Origin: Chitinophagaceae bacterium
Lineage (GTDB): Bacteria > Bacteroidota > Bacteroidia > Chitinophagales > Chitinophagaceae
NCBI GenBank assembly: GCA_043788195.1
Contig: JAYVUE010000024.1
Location: forward strand, 13,265-77,264
Direction of reading: 5' to 3'
Length of the DNA stretch: 64,000 nt
The notes beneath the pieces are model-generated. The model was given only the letters and a program-made list of their open reading frames with translations, was not told where the DNA came from and made no database searches. Below are positions 49,122 through 57,015 of this stretch, piece after piece. The position numbers were made by a program, and so were the translations under genes. Each line of letters starts with the position of its first letter. Position 1 is the first letter of the stretch.

Positions 49122-50333
49122 TTATTTTTTCTTCGCAGCCTTTGCTTTTGTTTTCGGTTTTTTTGCAACAATTTTTTTCATTGGCGCTTTTTTCTTCACG
49201 GCTTTTTTTGCCGGCGCTTTTTTTACTTTGGTAATTTTTTTTTGATTAACGGATCGGGGATTACTTGTTCTGAGCGTAACATCGGAAAGCATTTTATCAA
49301 GGTCTTCTACAAGGTCGTCGCATATAAATGCTACTGTTCCTCCACTTCGATTTTCCATTGTTATGGTGAAATTGATATCACCAACACATATAAATCTTAA
49401 TTTTTCATTTGCTGCAGAAACCGCAAGTTTTGCATGATCATTTTCTTCTGACCATTGCCAGGGGGGCTTAATACCCAGGGGGCCGGTGTTAACCCATTTC
49501 ATCTCCTGAATGGTATGCACTTTACTCCCCTTTTCAACAGAACCAGGTGGTTTACCATGTTCCCATGTTTCTACATCCAGCGTTTCTGCAAGTGTAGGGC
49601 CCACGAGGTCATTATAAAAGTCATCGTCGCCCCTGGTATCCCAGAATTTATTTTTTGCAAAACATTTAAAAACCTGTCCATTTTTTGATTGAAAAGGAAT
49701 AAAATTTGCGTAAGCGGTTTTGGCAGGTGTAATTTTATTATTTATTAATAGTGCTCTTGGATCAGTTGCTTTTAAAGCTGCCGGAACTTTAGATGCTAAA
49801 TATACATTGGGTTGTTGTGCAACATACTGTTGCGTAGCAATTGCAGTGGCGGTATCTGCATTTTTTAACGTAATACATAAAAAAGTTTGTGCATTTCCCA
49901 TGGCTGTTGCCGGAAAACCGTATTTGCCCTTGAGTGGAAATTTTGGCGCTGAATGGATCAACCAAAAAGCAGAGTTTGTTTTCAGGTTAAAACAAATTAC
50001 CCCCTTTGTATGGCCCCTGATCCCATTGGTTTTTCCTGAGATCGGATCTTCATCATTATAAAAATACCAACCCATATCAGGATCGCTTAAGTTATTGTAG
50101 ATCTGGTTAAGTGTGCTGGAAACTGCCCCGTTTTTAGGATCAGTGATCTGGTTTTCAGAAAGATCCAAATCTTTATCTGTTGGTCCGCTGGAGTCATAAT
50201 AAAGGTACTCGGATCCCTTTGGTTTTTTTCCATTTATGGCAACCGATTTTCCGGCAATTTTGTAAATAAACCACCAGTCAACTGGTTTACCATCATCCCC
50301 CATTGCCGAAAGTTGTACACTAGTGTTTCCCAT
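49122..50333 (-). CDS. Deoxyribonuclease II family protein with Lys/Ala-rich C-terminal tail
   Basis: GKPVDWWFIYK, GHTKG and DHAK (two PLD-type HxK motifs), WLIHSAPKFP, QTFLCIT, CVGDIN...RSGG; tail KKAPAKKAVKKKAPMKK. Confidence 0.88.
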   Translation of the reverse strand: MGNTSVQLSAMGDDGKPVDWWFIYKIAGKSVAINGKKPKGSEYLYYDSSGPTDKDLDLSENQITDPKNGAVSSTLNQIYNNLSDPDMGWYFYNDEDPISGKTNGIRGHTKGVICFNLKTNSAFWLIHSAPKFPLKGKYGFPATAMGNAQTFLCITLKNADTATAIATQQYVAQQPNVYLASKVPAALKATDPRALLINNKITPAKTAYANFIPFQSKNGQVFKCFAKNKFWDTRGDDDFYNDLVGPTLAETLDVETWEHGKPPGSVEKGSKVHTIQEMKWVNTGPLGIKPPWQWSEENDHAKLAVSAANEKLRFICVGDINFTITMENRSGGTVAFICDDLVEDLDKMLSDVTLRTSNPRSVNQKKITKVKKAPAKKAVKKKAPMKKIVAKKPKTKAKAAKKK

Positions 50334-50425
50334 ATATTTTGTTTTAATATTTTTTTATTGAATGCAATTAATTTTTTTTGATCAGTTGTTGATGCTGGCT
50401 TATTGATCTTCATCGGTATAAAAAA

Positions 50426-50488
50426 TCACAGGTCAATTGGTTTTCCATTATGATCAATTGCCGTTAATGGCGATTTTGAATTTCCCAT
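50426..50488 (-). pseudogene. Degenerate duplicate of the DNase II 5' end (20-codon ORF)
   Basis: MGNSKSPLTAIDHNGKPIDL* aligns without gaps to MGNTSVQLSAMGDDGKPVDWW. Confidence 0.6.
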
Positions 50489-50777
50489 ATTTATATTTTG
50501 TGTATATCATTTTTTAGGGGCAGATCAACCATGATTTAATGTTATATAACAAAATTAATGGGTGGAATATTAATTTAAATTGGGAGGATTATTTATATAA
50601 TAAAGAAGTAATGTAGAGTTAAATAATTTAAAATGCAAATATATTAGTGGCTTTTTTTTATGTTGATGGAATGGTAAGATTACAGAAGGTCAACAGGATC
50701 AACAGGACCTATATTGACAACAGGTTATAGAAATTTACTATGCTTTTTTTGAACTTTTAAATAAAATTATAGCGTCA

Positions 50778-52496
50778 TTAACTCCTCCTCGCCAAAACAA
50801 TCGCCTGTTTAAATTGTTTTTTCTTTCCGTCAATATTAAATATTTCGATATAAATAATATAAATGCCTACCGGTAATTTTTGATCTTTTTCGCCCAGGCC
50901 ATCCCAACGATAATTGCCTTTTATACCGCACAGTGCATTGCGTTGCAGGTACCGTACTGCTCTTCCGCCGGCATCAAAAATGGTAATATTAGCCAGATAT
51001 CCCGGCGTTGGAAAACTATATTCAATTGTTGCAAAATCATCCATTCCATCATTATCCGGAGAAAATATTTCGGGTATAGCTTTTACTTCGCCTTTTAGTT
51101 CCTGGTCATTATGGTACTGCGAATTTTTATACGTCGGCGTACCATAGCCAACACTGGTTGCAGCTGAATGCCAATTATCCTGATGTTGGGTTATACCGCT
51201 ATAATCTATCCTTTCCAGTGCTACACCTTCTGGATTGTTGATCAGTTTAAAATGCCATTTTTCGCTATACGCCAGTTCATCAACTATTTTACCCTGTGCA
51301 TTTAAAACGACCACGTTCCCTTTATCATCATTAAAAGAAGGCATGCTGCTTAGTTCCGAAAAAGCATCTGTATTATGTATTATAAAATCTCTTTTCACAA
51401 TTGATACATCAGTAGTGATGACCATAAATTCTTCAGGAAAAAATAAATAATTTTCTTGGCTCAGTTGAGTGATACTACTAACGGTGCCAGAAAAATTTCT
51501 ATTGGCGATATAAATATTTTTCAGATCAATGATCTTTTTTCCACGGTTATAAATTTCTACATAATCCACGCCATTGGCTACAGGATTAAATAACACTTCA
51601 TTGATCACAATATCAAAACTATCAGCAGCAACAGGTAAGCCCACCCTTGCCATGTTTTTAGCACCAATGCTATTGCCCGTACAATCTATAACACCATTGG
51701 CGGTAATGGTATATATTTTATTTTGTTGCAATGGCGTGCCCGTTTTTACAAATACCCTGTTGAATAATGGCGATTGAACAATTATATTTTGCGGCATCCC
51801 AATACCATCACTGATATTGTAATTTGCTACAGGTGCAGCTTTCAAACTATCCAGGGGCTCATCAAATACCATGGTAATGTTTACACTATCGGTTGCGTAT
51901 GCCCTCAGTAATACAGGCGCTGTTTTATCGGTATTAATCCCGTCGACCGAATTTTTTTTACCGGGCGTTCCTCCTTTTATATCGGTACCGGCGCTCCAGT
52001 TTACAGATCCCTGGCATGGATTTTTTGAATCGATCATCTCTAAAGTCCAGCCACCATCTTTTTTTAATTCATTTTGATACCAGGCATCGCTATAATTTAC
52101 CGCATGAATTATTTTATTTTGTGCAGATCGTAAAAAGATGATATCGCCGGTATTATCCAAAGTAGGAAAACCGGTTACAGAAATTACCGGTCCATAAACA
52201 GACATAGCAATAACAGCACTTGCAGTACAAACAATTACAACACTATCGGGCTTTAAATTATAATTGGGCAATGGCCCGCTTAGGCTTCCGGGATCGCCGA
52301 TCCTCCATCCCAGTAAATTGATTGTTGCTGAAGAAGTGTTTCGCAATTCGATCCATTCATTATTAGGCAAACCAACCTGTGGCGAGGGATCGGCCATCAG
52401 TTCGTCAATAACAACATCGTAACGGTTAGGGGTTTGTGCAAAGAGGCTGGCATGCAAAAATAAGCATACCAATACCAGGGTACTGATCTGTTTCAT
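50778..52496 (-). CDS. Lamin-tail-domain protein with T9SS type-B (CHU_C) C-terminal domain
   Basis: Signal peptide; VVIDELMADP..EWIELRN and IVINEVLFNP..DYVEIYN; FSPDNDGMDD...WDG...GIYI. Confidence 0.85.
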   Translation of the reverse strand: MKQISTLVLVCLFLHASLFAQTPNRYDVVIDELMADPSPQVGLPNNEWIELRNTSSATINLLGWRIGDPGSLSGPLPNYNLKPDSVVIVCTASAVIAMSVYGPVISVTGFPTLDNTGDIIFLRSAQNKIIHAVNYSDAWYQNELKKDGGWTLEMIDSKNPCQGSVNWSAGTDIKGGTPGKKNSVDGINTDKTAPVLLRAYATDSVNITMVFDEPLDSLKAAPVANYNISDGIGMPQNIIVQSPLFNRVFVKTGTPLQQNKIYTITANGVIDCTGNSIGAKNMARVGLPVAADSFDIVINEVLFNPVANGVDYVEIYNRGKKIIDLKNIYIANRNFSGTVSSITQLSQENYLFFPEEFMVITTDVSIVKRDFIIHNTDAFSELSSMPSFNDDKGNVVVLNAQGKIVDELAYSEKWHFKLINNPEGVALERIDYSGITQHQDNWHSAATSVGYGTPTYKNSQYHNDQELKGEVKAIPEIFSPDNDGMDDFATIEYSFPTPGYLANITIFDAGGRAVRYLQRNALCGIKGNYRWDGLGEKDQKLPVGIYIIYIEIFNIDGKKKQFKQAIVLARRS

Positions 52497-52568
52497 GATA
52501 GGGTAGATTAATGTTTACCCAAGATAATTAATTCATCTTTATTTTCAAATAATTAACTGCGGTATAAG

Positions 52569-52576
52569 TACTTTTG
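52569..52576 (+). promoter_or_regulatory. Bacteroidota -7 promoter box for asd
   Basis: TACTTTTG 18 bp upstream of ATG 52595. Confidence 0.55.
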
Positions 52577-52594
52577 CGTTCTAAATTTTATGCA

Positions 52595-53590
52595 ATGAAA
52601 GTAGCTGTTGTTGGGGTAACCGGTTTGGTAGGCAGTAAAATGCTGCAGGTGTTGGCAGAAAGGAATTTTCCTGTTACAGATCTCATCCCTGTTGCCTCTG
52701 AAAGATCTATTGGAAAAGAAGTGCAGTTCAAAGGGAAAATGTATAAAATTGTTAGTGCCAATGATGCCATCGTAGCCAAACCGCAGCTGGCCCTGTTTTC
52801 AGCCGGTGGTAGTATTTCTCTGGAGCTGGCGCCTAAATTTGCTGAGGCCGGTATCACAGTAATTGATAATTCATCTGCATGGCGCATGGACCCTTCAAAA
52901 AAACTAGTGGTACCCGAAGTAAATGCAGGTGTTCTCACTGCAGCAGATAAGATAATTGCCAATCCTAATTGTTCTACTATTCAAATGGTAGTGGTATTAA
53001 AACCGTTGCATGATAAATACAAAATAAAAAGAGTGGTAGTAAGTACTTATCAAAGTGTAACAGGTACGGGAGTAAAAGCCGTAATGCAATTAATGAACGA
53101 AAGAAAAGGTATTCAGGGAGAAATGGTTTACAAATATCCTATTGACCTGAATGCTATTCCACATATCGATATTTTTTTGGAAAACGGGTACACCAAAGAA
53201 GAAATGAAAATGGTGAATGAGACCAGGAAAATCATTGGTGATGATTCCCTGCAAGTAACAGCTACCTGTGTACGCATCCCCACCATGGGTGGCCATAGCG
53301 AAAGTGTTAATATAGAATTTGATAATGATTTCAACATTGATGAACTAAAGGAGCTGCTTATCCGATCCCAGGGTATTATAGTGAAAGATGATATAGCCAA
53401 TTTTATTTATCCCATGCCATTAACAGCCCATGAAAAAGATGAAACATTTGTTGGGCGGATCCGTCGTGATGAAACCCAGGCCAAAACTTTAAACTGCTGG
53501 ATAGTAAGTGATAATTTGCGCAAAGGTGCTGCTACAAATGCGGTGCAGATAGCGGAGTATTTGGTGGAGAAGGGGCTGTTAACCCCCTAA
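52595..53590 (+). CDS. asd: Aspartate-semialdehyde dehydrogenase
   Basis: VGVTGLVG, DNSSAWRM, NPNCSTIQ, STYQSVTG, DNLRKGAA; likely ATG 52595. Confidence 0.97.
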   Translation: MKVAVVGVTGLVGSKMLQVLAERNFPVTDLIPVASERSIGKEVQFKGKMYKIVSANDAIVAKPQLALFSAGGSISLELAPKFAEAGITVIDNSSAWRMDPSKKLVVPEVNAGVLTAADKIIANPNCSTIQMVVVLKPLHDKYKIKRVVVSTYQSVTGTGVKAVMQLMNERKGIQGEMVYKYPIDLNAIPHIDIFLENGYTKEEMKMVNETRKIIGDDSLQVTATCVRIPTMGGHSESVNIEFDNDFNIDELKELLIRSQGIIVKDDIANFIYPMPLTAHEKDETFVGRIRRDETQAKTLNCWIVSDNLRKGAATNAVQIAEYLVEKGLLTP

Positions 53591-53593
53591 AAT

Positions 53594-53626
53594 GCCCCAT
53601 CCTATCCTTCCCCAAAGGGGAAGGGA
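53594..53626 (-). repeat. Intergenic REP-like palindrome (same family as the paaC insert)
   Basis: Reverse complement reads TCCCTTCCCCTTTGGGGAAGGATAGGATGGGGC; another composite copy at about 53766-53818. Confidence 0.7.
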
Positions 53627-53683
53627 AAAGGAGAAGATCGTTGGGAAGATAGAAGCGGAGAATGTTGCAAAATTAAATAGATA

Positions 53684-53730
53684 TATTAATAGCAAAGAGC
53701 CATGAAAATGATGGCTCTTTGCTATTAATA
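53684..53730. terminator. Perfect 20-bp stem-loop between convergent asd and korB
   Basis: TATTAATAGCAAAGAGCCAT - 7 nt - ATGGCTCTTTGCTATTAATA. Confidence 0.7.
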
Positions 53731-53818
53731 ATAAAACATAATCCTCGCTTTGTTCTACTCCATTTCCTCCCCCTTTGGTGTTCCCTGCTAAGGGAACGAG
53801 CGAAGCTCAAGAGGGGGC

Positions 53819-54853
53819 CTAGCTGATCACCCAGGTTTCATTACCTCTTAATAATTTATCAAGATCGCCTTTTCCTTTTTTAGCAATTGCTTCTTCAATT
53901 TGCATAGTCATCGCATCTTCATAACAGGTTCTTTCGGTTTCATAAAAAACACCAAAGGGCCTTGGTAAATGGCCCTGTAGTTTAGGGTCATCAAACATGC
54001 GAATTAAAATTTGCGCTTTATAAAAATCCCTGTCATCATGTATCCACAGATCATCAGTAGATGCTCCTGCTGCAAGGTCAACAATTACGGGTTTAAAACC
54101 ATCCAGCTTTATTCCTTTATTCTGCGTGGCGCCAAATATCAATGGCTTTCCTTGTTCTAAAAATAGTACTTCATCTGCTTTGGTAGATTTTTCAGTAAAC
54201 ATTTCAAATGCACCGTCATTAAAAATGTTACAGTTTTGATAGATCTCTAAAAATGAAGCTCCTTTATGTGCCTGCGAACGTAATAACATTGCCTGCATAT
54301 GTTTGGTGTCGCGGTCCATTGTACGTGCAATAAAACTGGCATCTGCACCCATGGCCAGCGCCAAAGGATTAAATGGATGATCTATACTTCCAAAAGGTGT
54401 ACTCTTTGTAATTTTATGTTCTTCTGATGTTGGAGAATATTGCCCCTTGGTTAAACCATAGATCTGATTATTAAACAATAAAATATTCACATCAAAATTT
54501 CGGCGCAATAAATGAATTGTATGGTTACCGCCAATGCTTAACCCGTCGCCATCACCCGTTACTATCCAAACACTCAATTCCGGCCTGGATGCTTTTAACC
54601 CGCTGGCTACAGCAGTTGCCCTGCCATGAATGCTATGCATACCATAGGTATTCATATAATATGGAAAACGGCTACTGCAACCAATGCCCGAAATTATCGC
54701 AATATTTTCCCGTGGAATACCCAGCGTAGGCATAATTTTTTGCACCATGGCCAATATGGCATAATCACCACAACCCGGGCACCAGCGGACTTCCTGGTCG
54801 GTTACAAAATCTTTGGCGGTAAGCGGCGGGGCTGTGGTTATAGTATCACTCAT
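53819..54853 (-). CDS. korB: 2-oxoacid:ferredoxin oxidoreductase beta subunit
   Basis: WCPGCGD, GIGCSSR, HGRA, GDGD, NNQIYGLTKGQYSPTS. Confidence 0.93.
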   Translation of the reverse strand: MSDTITTAPPLTAKDFVTDQEVRWCPGCGDYAILAMVQKIMPTLGIPRENIAIISGIGCSSRFPYYMNTYGMHSIHGRATAVASGLKASRPELSVWIVTGDGDGLSIGGNHTIHLLRRNFDVNILLFNNQIYGLTKGQYSPTSEEHKITKSTPFGSIDHPFNPLALAMGADASFIARTMDRDTKHMQAMLLRSQAHKGASFLEIYQNCNIFNDGAFEMFTEKSTKADEVLFLEQGKPLIFGATQNKGIKLDGFKPVIVDLAAGASTDDLWIHDDRDFYKAQILIRMFDDPKLQGHLPRPFGVFYETERTCYEDAMTMQIEEAIAKKGKGDLDKLLRGNETWVIS

Positions 54854-54888
54854 ATTTCTTGAATTGTTTCATAAAGTTAATTAAAATA

Positions 54889-54926
54889 AATACTCAATAA
54901 TCAATGTCCAACGCTCAATATTCAAT
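54889..54926. repeat. 7-bp repeat array downstream of the third four-helix-bundle gene
   Basis: AATACTC AATAATC AATGTCC AACGCTC AATATTC AAT. Confidence 0.75.
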
Positions 54927-54970
54927 TTAGCAGCCTGATAACAGGAATAGCTAAAGCTACAAAAGTAAAA

Positions 54971-55351
54971 TCACGGCTTTGTGAGTAAACCAGTTTTCTT
55001 TTTTGCGGTTGAAATACCTTTTCCATTTATGGCGATTAATTCTTCTGTTTCTTTATACACTCCATCTAATTTCGAGACAGGCTTTATCAATTCCTTTCTT
55101 CTTACAACTTTAAGTACCGTTCTACATTCCTTCAATTCTTTTAAGATTATTCCTATCTTATGGACAAAATCTTTTGTTGATTCTGCAGCCTGCGCTTCGC
55201 CATAATTAAAAGTTGGAGAATGGCAGGATCTGACCAATTGCCCGGCGATGTAATTTCCTGTTCTTGTATTGGGTAATGTTTCTACTACATCAATCATACG
55301 GCAGGTATAATCAACAAGCCTGTCTTCAAGATCGTAATTTCTGTTTTGCAT
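54971..55351 (-). CDS. Four helix bundle protein, third and divergent copy
   Basis: DLEDRL, IAGQLVRS..SPTFNYGEAQAAES.KDFVHK...LKELKE. Confidence 0.92.
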   Translation of the reverse strand: MQNRNYDLEDRLVDYTCRMIDVVETLPNTRTGNYIAGQLVRSCHSPTFNYGEAQAAESTKDFVHKIGIILKELKECRTVLKVVRRKELIKPVSKLDGVYKETEELIAINGKGISTAKKKTGLLTKP

Positions 55352-55382
55352 AAGGGGTACATTGATTTCTAAAATTAATACA

Positions 55383-55429
55383 AATGTTCAATATACTCTT
55401 CTCAACTTGAAAATTGAATATTGAATATT
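55383..55429. repeat. Inverted 7-bp repeat array upstream of the third four-helix-bundle gene
   Basis: AATGTTC AATATAC ... CTTGAAA ATTGAAT ATTGAAT ATT; complementary to 54889-54926. Confidence 0.7.
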
Positions 55430-55463
55430 TCCTAAAACCAAGGAAACTGCTTTATATTGGGAT

Positions 55464-56927
55464 ATGAATGATTGGTTTAAAAAATATCGCAAAGAGCTGG
55501 CACTCATAACGGGTATTTTTATTGCTGTACTCTTCTTTTTTATAAATCCATTCGGAGTTGATGCCAAAGCAAAACTTGTATTATCAGTAGCCATTTTGAT
55601 GATCGCATGGTGGGTATTGGATGCCCTCCCATTGGCTGTAGTTGCATTGGTACCTTTGGTACTATATCCTTTACTGAATATTAATTCCATTAAAGAAACC
55701 TCCAAAGCTTATTCCGACTCCATCATTTATCTTTTTTTGGGAGGCTTTTTTTTGGGCCTGGCTATCGAAAAATGGAACCTGCATAAACGTATTGCATTAA
55801 CTATTATTAAATTAACCGGTACAAACGGAAATAATATTATACTCGGCTTTATTTTATCAACAGGGTTTATAAGTATGTGGCTTAGCAATACGGCTACTGC
55901 CATGATGATGTATCCAATTGCAGTATCTGTAATTCTTGTGATGAGTTTAAACACCAACCCCGGTGCCAACATAAAAAATTTTTCATTAACGCTCATGTTG
56001 TCTATTGCCTATGCAAGCAATTTTGGCGGTATAGCCACCATCATCGGCACTCCTCCTAACGTTGCTTATGTAAGGCACCTGAACGATCACTATAAACATG
56101 GGATTGATTTTGTAAACTGGATGATGCTTTGTATGCCGTTGGCAATTATTTTATTATTTGTTTTGTATTTGGTAATGGTAAAATGGCTGTACCCCAATCA
56201 CATTGCACATAGTGTAGATGGCAAAAATTTTATAACGTCGGAATTAAAAGGAATGGGGCCTTTGTGCCGCCAGGAGAAAAGAGTTTTAATAGTTTTTTGC
56301 AGTACTGCTTTTTTATGGATCACTAAAGATATTATTAACGCCAATCAAAAATTATTTCAATTAGATGATTCAATGATTGCCCTGATCGGCGCCATAAGCT
56401 TATTTATTGTACCCAGTGGAAGAAGTAAAGAAGAGCCGGAGGAAAGACTGCTGGAATGGAGTGACACTAAAAAAATGGCATGGGGAATTTTATTATTATT
56501 CGGTGGTGGTATTGCATTGGCCAAATCCCTCGAAGAAGCAAAGTTGATGGAAAGCCTTGGGCAATACATTGCTTCTTTTGCTACAAATAATATATTACTG
56601 CTGATCTTTATTGTAACACTGATCTCTGTCTTTTTAAGCGAAGTGATGAGCAATATTGCACAGGTTATTGTTATGGCCCCTGTAATTTCAGCAGTGGCAG
56701 ATGCTTTGCATATCAATCCTTTATTATTGGGGATACCAATGACGCTTGGCGCCAGTTGTGCTAGTATGTTGCCGATGGGTACCCCGCCTAATGCCATAGT
56801 TTTTGCGAGTGGCCATATTAAATTAGGGCAAATGATAAAAACAGGTTTTGTACTTAATATAATTTGTGTGATACTGATCACATTATTTAGCTGGCTGTTG
56901 ATACCATTGATAATGCCATCAATGTAA
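55464..56927 (+). CDS. SLC13/DASS family sodium:dicarboxylate/sulfate symporter
   Basis: SMWLSNTATA, IGTPPN, SEVMSN, MLPMGTPPNAIV. Confidence 0.92.
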   Translation: MNDWFKKYRKELALITGIFIAVLFFFINPFGVDAKAKLVLSVAILMIAWWVLDALPLAVVALVPLVLYPLLNINSIKETSKAYSDSIIYLFLGGFFLGLAIEKWNLHKRIALTIIKLTGTNGNNIILGFILSTGFISMWLSNTATAMMMYPIAVSVILVMSLNTNPGANIKNFSLTLMLSIAYASNFGGIATIIGTPPNVAYVRHLNDHYKHGIDFVNWMMLCMPLAIILLFVLYLVMVKWLYPNHIAHSVDGKNFITSELKGMGPLCRQEKRVLIVFCSTAFLWITKDIINANQKLFQLDDSMIALIGAISLFIVPSGRSKEEPEERLLEWSDTKKMAWGILLLFGGGIALAKSLEEAKLMESLGQYIASFATNNILLLIFIVTLISVFLSEVMSNIAQVIVMAPVISAVADALHINPLLLGIPMTLGASCASMLPMGTPPNAIVFASGHIKLGQMIKTGFVLNIICVILITLFSWLLIPLIMPSM

Positions 56928-57015
56928 CTCGGGTACTGAATTTGGTGGTTCCCAAAAGGGCAAAAATTAATGGCTAACTTTATTAAAATTTTTATTTACT
57001 CCTATACAACAGATC

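Noticed and set aside
36130-50780. Integrative element or prophage boundaries around the ten-gene cluster
   Set aside because: No integrase, transposase, tRNA or flanking direct repeat seen by eye
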